A DNA stretch of 64,000 nt from Chitinophagaceae bacterium (GTDB lineage Bacteria > Bacteroidota > Bacteroidia > Chitinophagales > Chitinophagaceae), in assembly GCA_017307735.1 (NCBI GenBank), contig JAFKGR010000019.1, positions 2,622 to 66,621 of the forward strand. The letters run 5' to 3'. Both the position numbers and the translations under genes were made by a program. Under the pieces are notes generated by a model, which was not told the DNA's origin, made no database searches, and saw only the letters and a program-made list of their open reading frames with translations. Below are positions 1-10,226 of the stretch, piece by piece. Within the stretch, counting starts at the first letter, position 1; each line of letters opens with the position of its first letter.

Positions 1-1
1 G

Positions 2-118
2 GTGGAAGTATTGAAACCCATCAAACCTGATATTACCGTCAACGACCTGGTGTATCCGATTCCACGCAGTGCAATGCGTACCAATCCTGCACTCACACAA
101 AATGAAGGTTATAATTAA
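2..118 (+). CDS. RagB/SusD family outer-membrane lipoprotein, C-terminal end only (gene begins before the window)
   Basis: Manual translation of frame 2 gives VEVLKPIKPDITVNDLVYPIPRSAMRTNPALTQNEGYN*, matching the SusD C-terminal YPIP...NP.LTQN.GY motif also seen in the SusD at 15611. Confidence 0.9.
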   Translation: MEVLKPIKPDITVNDLVYPIPRSAMRTNPALTQNEGYN

Positions 119-163
119 TCCGCCGGGAATCCGGTTGATTACTAACAATGGTTTCCTAAAGGA

Positions 164-2089
164 ATGACCATTCAAAAATTTAATTTCAATATGATAAGAT
201 ACTTTGTTTTCCTGTTCTTCTTTGTCCTGATCATTCAACCTGTAGCAGGTCAAAAATCAGTAACGATAAGTCCTGAATATCCAATGCCCGGCGACTGGGT
301 GTCCATTGTTTATACACCGCAGGTTGAATTGAGCGATGGTACTATTCCAGTGGTCAGGTTCACCTATTCCAACTTTTATGAACTGCCGCAAAAAATAGAA
401 ATGGGAAAAAAGGGTGTGCTATGGGAAACATCATTCAAATTACCACCATATGCGGTATTGGCCACATTCGTGATAGATGCAGGAGACCAGGCGATTCAAC
501 CGGCGGGGGACAGGCACTATGCCATCCGTGTGTACAACAAGGATCATCAACTTGTCAGAAAAAGCTATTTGTATAAAGGTTATAGCCTGAGCGCGCAGGA
601 AGGAAAATCACCGGGACTGAAGGGAAGACAGGCTAAACTTTTTGAAGAAGAACTCAAACATTACCCGGATAATTATGAGGCTAAACTACGCCTGCTCAGT
701 TATAAAATTTCCATTGGCGATGAAGCGGCAAAGAAGCATTTGTATAAGGAAGCCAATGAGGTGATTGCAAAAAAGTTTTATGAAAATCCCGGCAATATGG
801 GGCATACCAATTCTACTACGATGGGCTACCTGATCATGGGCGAAAAATCACGATTGGATTCACTGCGGGAAGTGATTAAGCAAAAATATCCCAATACGGA
901 AGCGGGTTATGAACTCAGGATCGGGGACATCACAGAGATGAAGGATTCCGTAAGGATGATCAGTGCACTGGAAGAGATATTGAAAGAAGAAAATGACAAA
1001 AACAAACAATTTTTGACCAGCGCACATGAAGCCTTATTCGAATATTATGCAAGGGCCGGTAGTAAAGAAAAAACATTGTATCATCTATCGTTTCTTGATA
1101 GCGGATTTACACCCTATACACCGAAGGTGTTGAAGGACCGGGCCACGCTTCTTTACAAATATGGCATCCTTCCGGATACCGCGCTGGCATTTGCTCAAAG
1201 ATCACTTGCCCTTGCAGACACCTTTCCCATCAGCCTCATCCGTTATTTTCCTGAAACAGGTTACCTGCCTTCATTCGTTTCCCGGCAACAAAGGGAGGCA
1301 TCTGTAAAAGAAGTTACAGGCCGGTTGAAATCGCTTATGGCATTAATTCAATTGCAAAAGGGAAATGATGCAAAAGCGAAAGGCCTTATTAAAGAAGCCA
1401 TTGCTATTTCTGCTGACGATGAAACGCTGAAAAATGCAGGAAGTTATTATACAAAAACAGGCGATTATGCATCCGCATTTCAACAATTCCGGAAGGTGGC
1501 CTATCAGCAACCGGAAGACACAGCAGCTTACCAGTTGATGGAACGGAATTATAAAAAATGGAAAGGCAGCATGGATGGTTTTGAAACTTTTGACAAGGAG
1601 ATCAAAGGTCACTGGATGGAAGTTATGACTGCTGCCCTCAAAAATGAGATCATCAATAAACCCATGCCAGACGTGCTTTCGCAATATGTTGACCTGGCGG
1701 GCAATCCATTGCCAAAAGACTTTATCAAAAACAAAATAGTGGTGATGGATTTCTGGGCAACGTGGTGTGTGCCCTGCATGAAGGCCATGCCTTTTATGGA
1801 AAGTGTGTACCAGCAGTATAAGAATGATCCTTCTGTTGTTTTTATGATTGTGAATTCCGGCTCGCAAAATGAATTGTCCGATGCGCAAAACTGGTGGGGC
1901 AATAAAGCCTATTCCTTTCCGGTGTATTACAATAAAGACCGTACCATAGGGGATAAGCTGGGATTCAATTTAATTCCAGCCACCTATATCATTGACAAAG
2001 ACGGCAACATCCGTTTCAAGACCCTTGGTTTTGAAGGGTCATCCATGACCCGGAAAATTGCGGCGCAGATAGAGATGTTAAAGAATTGA
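164..2089 (+). CDS. TlpA-family disulfide reductase with long TPR-like N-terminal region, secreted
   Basis: Signal-peptide-like N-terminus, helical middle region, C-terminal VVMDFWATWCVPC thioredoxin motif and IPATYIIDKDG cis-Pro loop. Confidence 0.88.
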   Translation: MTIQKFNFNMIRYFVFLFFFVLIIQPVAGQKSVTISPEYPMPGDWVSIVYTPQVELSDGTIPVVRFTYSNFYELPQKIEMGKKGVLWETSFKLPPYAVLATFVIDAGDQAIQPAGDRHYAIRVYNKDHQLVRKSYLYKGYSLSAQEGKSPGLKGRQAKLFEEELKHYPDNYEAKLRLLSYKISIGDEAAKKHLYKEANEVIAKKFYENPGNMGHTNSTTMGYLIMGEKSRLDSLREVIKQKYPNTEAGYELRIGDITEMKDSVRMISALEEILKEENDKNKQFLTSAHEALFEYYARAGSKEKTLYHLSFLDSGFTPYTPKVLKDRATLLYKYGILPDTALAFAQRSLALADTFPISLIRYFPETGYLPSFVSRQQREASVKEVTGRLKSLMALIQLQKGNDAKAKGLIKEAIAISADDETLKNAGSYYTKTGDYASAFQQFRKVAYQQPEDTAAYQLMERNYKKWKGSMDGFETFDKEIKGHWMEVMTAALKNEIINKPMPDVLSQYVDLAGNPLPKDFIKNKIVVMDFWATWCVPCMKAMPFMESVYQQYKNDPSVVFMIVNSGSQNELSDAQNWWGNKAYSFPVYYNKDRTIGDKLGFNLIPATYIIDKDGNIRFKTLGFEGSSMTRKIAAQIEMLKN

Positions 2090-2145
2090 TTGAATATTTT
2101 TCTCTGTTACACTTTGATAGTTTTGTTTTTTTTCTCATGTGCAAT

Positions 2146-2169
2146 CCCGGCGTAAGCCGGGTTTTTTTT
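2146..2169 (+). terminator. Rho-independent terminator
   Basis: CCCGGC-GTAA-GCCGGG hairpin followed by 8 T, about 55 nt after the TlpA stop. Confidence 0.85.
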
Positions 2170-2365
2170 GTGAAAATTTATTCCTTCAAATCTTTGAGGT
2201 TTTCAGACACTTTACAGGTTTGTAGTAGTACTTTATGAGATCACATTTTGTTCCTTCAAAAAAGTTAAAACGAATCAATCAGTGCGGTAAAGAATCCAGC
2301 CGGGAGTTCTTTTTAATTTCCACCACTCCAGGCAAGGAAAGAACAGGAAGTATTTTTAGTTCAGG

Positions 2366-2926
2366 TTAGACCGTTTGTGAAACCACTTTGGATTCTCCGA
2401 CAATATCTTTCAATGGCTTTATCTCTGCGTTATACATTCTTTTAATGTAATTGAGTCCGTCCTGGTATTCTTCTTCGGAGAATGCGTTGGTTGTTTCCCT
2501 GGGAACCACAATTTTATATCCGAGATGATAGGCGTCGGCTGAAGTGTGGCGGCAGCACATATTTGCATGCAGTCCGGTAATCATCAAAGTATCCACCTTC
2601 AATCCTCTTAATAAACTGTTCAGGCCGGTTTCAAAGAAGCCGCTGTAGGTACGTTTTTCCAGGACATAATCTCCTTCTTTTACCTGCAATTCTTCAATAA
2701 TTTCTGCGCCTTCGGTTCCTTTCATACTGTGGGGTCCCCAGATTTCCAGTTCACGGTCGATGGGAAGGTGAGCGTCGGACACATAAATAACCGGAATGTT
2801 ATTTTTATGTGCATACGCGGTCAGCTTTTGGAGCGGTTCAATTACTTCCAAGGCTCCTGGAGTTTTAAGATGGCCATGTACGAAGTCGTAGGTCATATCG
2901 ATGATAATGACAGCGGAATTTTTCAT
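2366..2926 (-). CDS. Cysteine hydrolase, isochorismatase/nicotinamidase family
   Basis: IIIDMTYDF (catalytic Asp), DAH, WGPHSMKGTEGA, LEKRTYSGF (Lys), GLHANMCCRHT (catalytic Cys). Confidence 0.9.
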   Translation of the reverse strand: MKNSAVIIIDMTYDFVHGHLKTPGALEVIEPLQKLTAYAHKNNIPVIYVSDAHLPIDRELEIWGPHSMKGTEGAEIIEELQVKEGDYVLEKRTYSGFFETGLNSLLRGLKVDTLMITGLHANMCCRHTSADAYHLGYKIVVPRETTNAFSEEEYQDGLNYIKRMYNAEIKPLKDIVGESKVVSQTV

Positions 2927-3126
2927 GATTACTGATTTTTTAATTTATGGATTAGAGCAATATTCGAGAAAATAATTTGAAATGCAATGGAATTATTCAT
3001 CCACATTTTGCCGGAGTTCATGAAAGCCCCTCTGCTTCATAACTTAAAGTCTCAATTCTAAATATAATAATTGTGATTTTCTTTTATTGGGTTTACTAAG
3101 GGGGGCGAACAAAGTAATTTTCTATT

Positions 3127-5214
3127 TTAATTTGTATGCGCGCTATTTGTATTATTGGATATTGCAGCATCCAATGGAATCACAATCATAATTTCGCATC
3201 CGTTACCCGGGGATGATTGAATTTCCATTTTACCTGAAAAGTATTCCGACCTTCGGCGCATGTTTGCCAGCCCGATCCCGGATGTTGTTTTGCCTGTGTC
3301 GAATCCGATACCATTGTCGCCTATCCGTAAATAAAGGCTTTTTTTATAGAGCAGGAGTTCTATTTTAATTTCAGAAGCCTTCGCATATTTTATGATGTTT
3401 CGCAATTGCTCCTGGACAATCCGGTAAATATTCAGACGTAATTCCTGTGAGATAATATTTTCTGACAGGGATTCATCAAAGTAAAATGAAATTTGATAAT
3501 CCTGATGGAAATTGGTGGAGCTGAGCAGGCTCCCCAACGAATCTTTTAGTGATACGTTTTTATAGATGACGGGAGCCAGCCGGTGAGACAGGTTACGGAT
3601 TTCATCTGAGGCCATATTGATGGAACCGACGGAATTATTAAAAGCCACCTTTAACTGATCGGGTATAAATTGTTTAACCCTGGCCAGACCCATGGTAGCT
3701 GCCGCCAGAAGCTGGCAAACATTGTCGTGAAGTTCGCCCCCGATTTCATAACGTTCTTCTTCCTGGGTCTTGAGAATGGCCTCAGTAATCCGGTTTGCAT
3801 TGAGTTTTTTTTCTGTCACATCAAGGATACTTGCCAACACCACAGGTTTATCATTCAGCACAATCCTGGAAGCATATACCTCCACATCAATAGGGGTCCC
3901 ATCTTTTTTCAGGTGTTTATAATTCTGTGTATAAATCGCATTTTCCCTGATGATCAGGCTTACTGCTTTTTTCGTCCGTTCCTTTTCTTCATCAGGTCTG
4001 AGGTTTAATAAATTTTCCCTGAGAAATTCATGGTTTGTAAATCCGTATAAATTTTCAGCGGCTTCATTTACCTGGAGGAACCGATAGGATTCCGGATCGA
4101 ATACATACATGGGGATGGGAGCATGATTGAAGAGCTGCCTGAATTTTAATTCTGATTCTTTTAATGATTTTTTCAGCAGGAATTCTTCCGTTATGTTTTT
4201 AAAAAATCCGGTGCCTCCGGCAAAACAGCCACCTTTATATTCCCATATTAAATTCCCGAACAAATAGTTTTTCCGGCCATCTTTACTTTTTAGCACCACT
4301 ACTATATTGGTTAGGTCACTTTTTTCCCCAACACCTGAAAGAATACTATGAAGTTTCTCTGCCATGTATCCGGGCATCAGATCCGTTATTTTTAATTCAC
4401 TCAATTCCGGGTCTGAATAACCCAGCATTTCTTTCAGGTTGTCACTTGCATACAAAATTTTTCCATCTGCATCAAAATGATCCACGATGTCGTGTGATTG
4501 CTCCAGAAATACCCTGTATCTTTTTTCAATTTCTATAGTTTCATTTTTCCTTCCGATGATAAATTTTGAAATGATGTAAATGACAATTCCAAAAAGAAAC
4601 AGCAAAACCATTATTGCCACAGTCATTCCATAGCTGAATCTTTCTGCACGTTGAAGATCGTTCTGAAGTGCTTTTTCTTTTTCAATATTTGAAAGATTAA
4701 TCTGATCTGAAAGCCGGAGTTCCAGTCGTTGCAGTTCAATAAAAAGAGATTGAAGCTGTTGAATGTCCAGGCTTCTCGCTTCATTTATCTTTTGTTCTCT
4801 TGCAAGCCGGATCACATGGTCCCTGTTTTGACTGGATTTCAGGTTTAAATCTGAAAGGCTGTCCAAAAGAATTCTTTCTCCAGGGTCAGTTATAAGAGGT
4901 GATAACATTTTCATGTATTGAAGAATGTTATTTGATTCTGAACCGATCTTTGAAATCAGTTCCGTCTGTGAATCGGGTTCAGATTGATAAATCAGTGTTA
5001 GTACAAGAACCCTCCGGCTGACTATGCTATTGAGAAAACCGGCATGCAGAACCTGCCTTTTTTTTGACACATCCATCAACGTGGTCAGGCTGGCATTGGT
5101 TTTTCGGATGGTACGGGATTCTGAAATCCGCGTAATACCCAGAATAACGACCAAAGAGATATAAGAAACAAGCAGGATAATGGTAACCGGTACTTTTTTC
5201 AAAATATCTTTCAT
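3127..5214 (-). CDS. Membrane PAS-domain sensor histidine kinase (HisKA_3/NarX type)
   Basis: Two TM segments flanking a helical sensor domain, two PAS/PAC domains, EERYEIGGELHDNVCQ H-box, DNGIGF and GIGLANM ATPase motifs. Confidence 0.92.
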   Translation of the reverse strand: MKDILKKVPVTIILLVSYISLVVILGITRISESRTIRKTNASLTTLMDVSKKRQVLHAGFLNSIVSRRVLVLTLIYQSEPDSQTELISKIGSESNNILQYMKMLSPLITDPGERILLDSLSDLNLKSSQNRDHVIRLAREQKINEARSLDIQQLQSLFIELQRLELRLSDQINLSNIEKEKALQNDLQRAERFSYGMTVAIMVLLFLFGIVIYIISKFIIGRKNETIEIEKRYRVFLEQSHDIVDHFDADGKILYASDNLKEMLGYSDPELSELKITDLMPGYMAEKLHSILSGVGEKSDLTNIVVVLKSKDGRKNYLFGNLIWEYKGGCFAGGTGFFKNITEEFLLKKSLKESELKFRQLFNHAPIPMYVFDPESYRFLQVNEAAENLYGFTNHEFLRENLLNLRPDEEKERTKKAVSLIIRENAIYTQNYKHLKKDGTPIDVEVYASRIVLNDKPVVLASILDVTEKKLNANRITEAILKTQEEERYEIGGELHDNVCQLLAAATMGLARVKQFIPDQLKVAFNNSVGSINMASDEIRNLSHRLAPVIYKNVSLKDSLGSLLSSTNFHQDYQISFYFDESLSENIISQELRLNIYRIVQEQLRNIIKYAKASEIKIELLLYKKSLYLRIGDNGIGFDTGKTTSGIGLANMRRRSEYFSGKMEIQSSPGNGCEIMIVIPLDAAISNNTNSAHTN

Positions 5215-5531
5215 GCCGACAGAATAAATTTGGGTTTTTAATTTGAAACGTAGATCCGGTTTAAACTATTATAAATCCATTTATAATTTATTCAAAAATG
5301 TTGCCGGATTAAATTATTCTTTTCAACATATAAAAAAGACATGCGAGGTGGGTTACGGACCTGGCCTGTTTATCCTTAGTTGTAATAGTTGTGATCAGGG
5401 TTTTGTGCAAAATAAATTACACTTTGGTTAAGCCCGGGATGGTTTTTTCAACTGCTGACTAAAATGCTGCTTTCAATTTATTTTTTATTTCAACCACCCG
5501 CTGTACAATTTCAGGAAAGTCCGGACTATCG

Positions 5532-7637
5532 TTAAAATGACTTATGAAGACTGTTTTTTTCCGTGTGTGGGTTTACTGTTTCTCTGGTTAACTTCTTTAA
5601 TGGAATTTTTACCAATATTTCACATCCATCTCCGGGAGATGAATTGATCATCAGATGTCCCTGAAAAAAATCTACCCTTCGGTGCATATTTGCAATTCCA
5701 ATTCCTTTGGAAGGTATCTCGGGATCATAGCCGATACCATTATCTGCAATCAGGAGATTCAGATTCTCTTTGTATAAAATAGCCTCCAGTCTGATCCTTG
5801 TGGCCTGGGCATATTTTACAATATTTCGCAAAGCCTCCTGGGCTACCCGGTAGAGGTTTAATTGCAGTTCTTTATTGAGTGCAATTTTTTCAAGTGATTC
5901 ATCATAATAAAAGGAAATATCGTAGTTGGAAACAGCTTTCATAGAATTTAATAATTGTTCAAAGGCCCCTTTCAGTGAACTGCCTTCAAAAAACACCGGA
6001 GCCAGCCTGTGAGATAAATTCCTGATTTCTTCGTTGGCCAATATGATTGAATCGAGTATTATATTGAAAGTGGGTTGCAGGGAAGGACTGAGATTATTTT
6101 TCATCATGCTCATATTCATCTTGGCGGCCGCAAGTATCTGGCAAACGTTGTCGTGAAGCTCACCGCCGATTTCATAACGTTCGTCTTCCTGGGTTTTGAT
6201 AATGGCCTGGGTAATCCTGCTTTCCATGGCAATCTGCTCAGAAACATCAACAATTGCCGCCGAAATAGAGGGCCTTTCATTCAGGGTTATGTAGGTGCTA
6301 TAAACTTCTACAGTCATGATTTTACCCATCTTGCTTTTATGTTGAAACCTGCCTCTGTATAAATTTGCAGCGGTATGAATTTTCTCAAGGCTTTCAATAG
6401 TCCTTCCTCTTTCTGATGAGGGTCGAATGTCGAGGATGGTTTTCGTCAAAACCTCTTCTTCGGTATATCCATATTTTTCAAGGAAGGCTTTGTTGACAAT
6501 TATAAATCTGTATGACCCGGCATCGGCAATAAATTTTGGCAGCGGAGAATTATGGAAAATACTTTTAAATTGATTTTCGGATTCCCTGAGTTGAGATTTT
6601 AGTTTGTATTTTTCTGTTACTTCATTAAAAAAGCCTGTGGCGCCGTCAAACTCGCCATGCTGGTATTCCCAAACCAGGCTCCCCTGAACCAATATTTCCT
6701 TTCCATCCTGCCCGTTGAGACTGGTTTTGATATCTTCCAAACCTATTTCTCTGGGAGTTTGTTCAAAAGCTTTTTTAATACTTAGTCCGAAGTTTTCATT
6801 GACAAAGTCGTAAATGGTGCTGTCGTTTACTGTCTTCTCATTTAACCCGAGTAGTCTGATCAGTTTTTTACTGGCAAATTGTATTTTCCCGTGTACATCT
6901 ATTCTGATCAGTAATTCATGGGTTTGTTCAATGAATAGCCTGTATTTTCTCTCACTTTCAATCAGCATATTCTTTTTGTGGATATAAATCCTTCCGGCAA
7001 AAATCAGTATGGCACCAAAGATGATCAACAGGGTGGTCAATGCATACCCGAGAAACTTTGACCACCGCAGAATCTGCAAAAGATTTGCTTTTAGCTGATT
7101 TGTCCGGTCTTTGGTGACCTGGCTGATATAATTTCCCAGGCGAAGTTCTATTTGTTGAAAATTTGCAAAGATGGGATTGATGATATTCAAATCAATTACT
7201 TTGGCATCCGCTATTTTTTCCTCGGTCAGCAGTTGCTCCATCAGTTTTCTGCTGTGGTTGATGTTTTCTTCAAAGTTCAGAAGGCTGTCGAACATCCTTC
7301 TTTCATTCGGATCTTTCAGCAGGATGCGAATCCTTGTAAGATCTTCTCCGATTTTTTCCGTTTCGTGCGCGATCTCTTTTCGCATTTCAGCATATTCAGA
7401 TGGAGGCGATTGGTACACCATTTTCATGACACCAACCCGCCGGTAAACGGTACTTTTTAAAATTGAATTCAGCAGTTGCTCCTTCGCTCCCATCGAGGTG
7501 GCCAGTTCGTTCAATTCCTTATTAATATTGCGCATCCGGTCGTATTCGACCATCCTTACTGAACCGATGAGAAAGAAGATCACAAGATAAAAACCAAGCA
7601 GGGTGTGGGTGATAGGGGGTTTTGAAAAGAAATGCAT
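5532..7637 (-). CDS. Membrane PAS-domain sensor histidine kinase (HisKA_3 type), paralog of 3127..5214
   Basis: Same architecture; EDERYEIGGELHDNVCQ H-box, DNGIGY, GIGIANM. Confidence 0.92.
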   Translation of the reverse strand: MHFFSKPPITHTLLGFYLVIFFLIGSVRMVEYDRMRNINKELNELATSMGAKEQLLNSILKSTVYRRVGVMKMVYQSPPSEYAEMRKEIAHETEKIGEDLTRIRILLKDPNERRMFDSLLNFEENINHSRKLMEQLLTEEKIADAKVIDLNIINPIFANFQQIELRLGNYISQVTKDRTNQLKANLLQILRWSKFLGYALTTLLIIFGAILIFAGRIYIHKKNMLIESERKYRLFIEQTHELLIRIDVHGKIQFASKKLIRLLGLNEKTVNDSTIYDFVNENFGLSIKKAFEQTPREIGLEDIKTSLNGQDGKEILVQGSLVWEYQHGEFDGATGFFNEVTEKYKLKSQLRESENQFKSIFHNSPLPKFIADAGSYRFIIVNKAFLEKYGYTEEEVLTKTILDIRPSSERGRTIESLEKIHTAANLYRGRFQHKSKMGKIMTVEVYSTYITLNERPSISAAIVDVSEQIAMESRITQAIIKTQEDERYEIGGELHDNVCQILAAAKMNMSMMKNNLSPSLQPTFNIILDSIILANEEIRNLSHRLAPVFFEGSSLKGAFEQLLNSMKAVSNYDISFYYDESLEKIALNKELQLNLYRVAQEALRNIVKYAQATRIRLEAILYKENLNLLIADNGIGYDPEIPSKGIGIANMHRRVDFFQGHLMINSSPGDGCEILVKIPLKKLTRETVNPHTEKNSLHKSF

Positions 7638-8002
7638 TATTCAACTGAAAATTTAGGTGCGCGAAATTAGGAAAGGGAAAAAATGAAAACACAGAATATG
7701 ATGGAGATCATTTATTTATTCTTTTGGTTTTTAAAAATATCTGCTATCAGATTTGTACGGGGGATTTTGGGAATAGTTTTTTGAAATGAGGAAGAAAAAT
7801 GCTTTCCGGAATTGGGAAGCAAAGGGATGTTTCAGTTTTATAGAATCATAGGAGTTACAAAACAAAAGACCGCAGGGAGTTTTTATTGATTCTTTCTGTT
7901 CCATTTTATTACATGCAGTCTTTTTTCATGTCTTACCAATTGTTTATGACCTTCTTTAAAGACTTAGTTTTACTTCTTTCAAAAGAAAAATTATTTTGAC
8001 GT

Positions 8003-9682
8003 CTATTGCCTGATGAAAAATCCTGTTGATTTATTCCCCCGCTCATCCGTTGTAGTCAATTGATAGGTGCCAGCCGATAAATGTTTTATATCAATCTGAA
8101 TAGGGTTTGCAGGGTGCAAATAGGTTTTGCTCCAGTACAGTTTGCCACTGACGTCATAAATGTTTACAAGGAGTTTTTGATGCGTTGCATCACATGTTAC
8201 ATTGAGGAAATCTGAAGCCGGGTTGGGGAAGGCGTTGATTTTATGAAGCCCGGCTTCAAAATGCAGAGGTATTATTCTGGATAGGTTAGAACGGCCATTA
8301 AAATCGATTTGGTTTAATCGGTAATAATTGATGGCATTTTGTATAGGTGCCTTATCTGTAAAGGAATAGGTATTTGTTGCCGTAGTGTTTTCATTGCCGT
8401 TTACGTAGCCAATGATTTTGAATACAGCGCCGTCGGTTGAACGTTGTATTTCGTACTTTTCGCCTTTTTGTTCTGAAACGGTACTCCAGGAAAGCATGGC
8501 TGTGTTTGCTACTGCTCTGACGCTGAATTCTGCGAGATTGACCGCCAATGCCGAAAGCGGGAATTTCATGACGCTGGTATAATTATTATTATCAGTTTCC
8601 TGATAGGCAAGGAAAACAGTACCTGAGGTAGTGTCTATTGCAAGAGAAATATTTTCAACATTGACCGGAGTAAATCCGGCGCCTCCTACAAATGCCCAAC
8701 TGGCGCCATTAAATCTGCTAACGGAGGCTTTGCCATAATCTGCATTCCAGTCTTTATAAGCAAGCAAGGGAGTTCCGTTTTGATCAATGACCAATGACTC
8801 ATAACTTACGCCCATTGTGAAATCAGGATCGCCGACCCAGATCCAGTTGGTTCCATCATATTTTCTGACATTTGCTTTTCCTGAGTTGCCATCTTCATAA
8901 GCAAGAAAGGGATTGCCGTTTTTGTCAATTGCCAGGCAGGTATAATCGGCGCTGCCTGAAGTGAATCCCGTTGGCCCCACGGATACCCACGAAGTGCCAT
9001 TGAATTTTTTGACGGTAGCTTTGTATGAATAATATCTGTCAGAATAGGCTACATAAGGAAAACCATCTTTTTCATTAATGGCAAGAGATATAAATTCCGC
9101 TGAACTTGGCGATACAACTCCTCCGACAGCCACCCACTTGGTTCCGTTGAATTTTTTTACAAGGGCTGCGGAATAGTTATATGAATCCTGGAAAGCGACA
9201 TAAACGGTTCCATCCTTTTTAATAGCGAGAGAAGTGGTTTCAACCCCCACACCGATATCAAAAGGAGAACCGACAGTTACCCATTGGGTTCCATTAAATT
9301 TTTTTACAGTTATGAGGTAAGAATACTCTCCGTTTTCACCGCTTGTATATGACAGGTAGGGCGTATTGTTTTGGTCAAATACCAGAGACAGGCCGGTAGC
9401 CTTGCCATCTGAAACGTCTGGTGTACCTACATTTACCCAATTGTTTCCGTCAAATTTTTTTACTGTGGCTTTATAGTTGTCAAGATTCTGGTAAGCAAGA
9501 TAAGGCACTCCGTTTTTATCGATAGCCAGAGAAGGGTAGCGTGTTTCGGATTGGGAGAATCCGGTATTGCCTACCTGTTCCCAGGATTGTGCGGACGCAG
9601 ATTTTACAAACAGAAGAAGCATTGTGGCAACAATGATTGTAATGAAAGGTGTGCGAAAATTACAGCCTGTTTTGGTTTTCAT
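8003..9682 (-). CDS. T9SS-secreted protein with seven ~48 aa repeats (putative 7-bladed beta-propeller) and type A C-terminal sorting domain
   Basis: Signal peptide; repeats W.xVG...SLAID.NG.PY.AY....KA.VKKF.G; LAVNLAEFSV/WSTVSEQ/YYRLNQIDFNG Ig-like module; INAFPNPASD...IDIKHLSAGTYQL CTD. Confidence 0.88.
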   Translation of the reverse strand: MKTKTGCNFRTPFITIIVATMLLLFVKSASAQSWEQVGNTGFSQSETRYPSLAIDKNGVPYLAYQNLDNYKATVKKFDGNNWVNVGTPDVSDGKATGLSLVFDQNNTPYLSYTSGENGEYSYLITVKKFNGTQWVTVGSPFDIGVGVETTSLAIKKDGTVYVAFQDSYNYSAALVKKFNGTKWVAVGGVVSPSSAEFISLAINEKDGFPYVAYSDRYYSYKATVKKFNGTSWVSVGPTGFTSGSADYTCLAIDKNGNPFLAYEDGNSGKANVRKYDGTNWIWVGDPDFTMGVSYESLVIDQNGTPLLAYKDWNADYGKASVSRFNGASWAFVGGAGFTPVNVENISLAIDTTSGTVFLAYQETDNNNYTSVMKFPLSALAVNLAEFSVRAVANTAMLSWSTVSEQKGEKYEIQRSTDGAVFKIIGYVNGNENTTATNTYSFTDKAPIQNAINYYRLNQIDFNGRSNLSRIIPLHFEAGLHKINAFPNPASDFLNVTCDATHQKLLVNIYDVSGKLYWSKTYLHPANPIQIDIKHLSAGTYQLTTTDERGNKSTGFFIRQ

Positions 9683-10203
9683 ATTCTGAAATTTAAAAGG
9701 TTAAATTGTGGTTTGCATTAAAAAAAAATTGCAAAGCAATAAAAACGGATATTATTGTCTTTTATTTTTGGATGGGTGGTTTTAAAATCTTTTTAACGGT
9801 CATAACCAATCAATTGGTGTTGCAAGATTGTGAGTCATCCTTTGCCCAAAAATTATTCAAACAAAACCGCTGAGGTAAAACATTATAAGGCTTGAATTAG
9901 ATTCGTACCCAATTATCCGAAAATGGTATCTCATAGATTGCTGCAATGGCATTAGTGCCAAAGCTCTTTAAAATACATGGCGAGCACTTGTGCGCCTGAT
10001 AGATTTGGCAGGAGATGGATTTACAAAATCAGGAAAGTACTGTCTCATATCTTTTGCAAAATAATTTGGAGGTTGAGTTATTAAACACACCCTAAGTAGC
10101 AAATATTCTTTTGTTCCGGCTTCATGCACGAATATGTTATGGGTAATTACAGAAGCGCGATCATTCAAAAAAATGCACCTGTGATGTTAGCATTTCTTTC
10201 GTG

Positions 10204-10211
10204 TAGTTTTG
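10204..10211 (+). promoter_or_regulatory. Bacteroidota housekeeping promoter -7 box
   Basis: TAGTTTTG matches TAnnTTTG, 15 nt upstream of the sigma-factor ATG. Confidence 0.6.
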
Positions 10212-10226
10212 CGGTAATTTGTATTT

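Noticed and set aside
8555-9590. Periodic sequence considered as a CRISPR array or DNA tandem repeat
   Set aside because: The periodicity is at protein level (propeller blades) within an intact ORF, with no identical DNA repeats or spacers.
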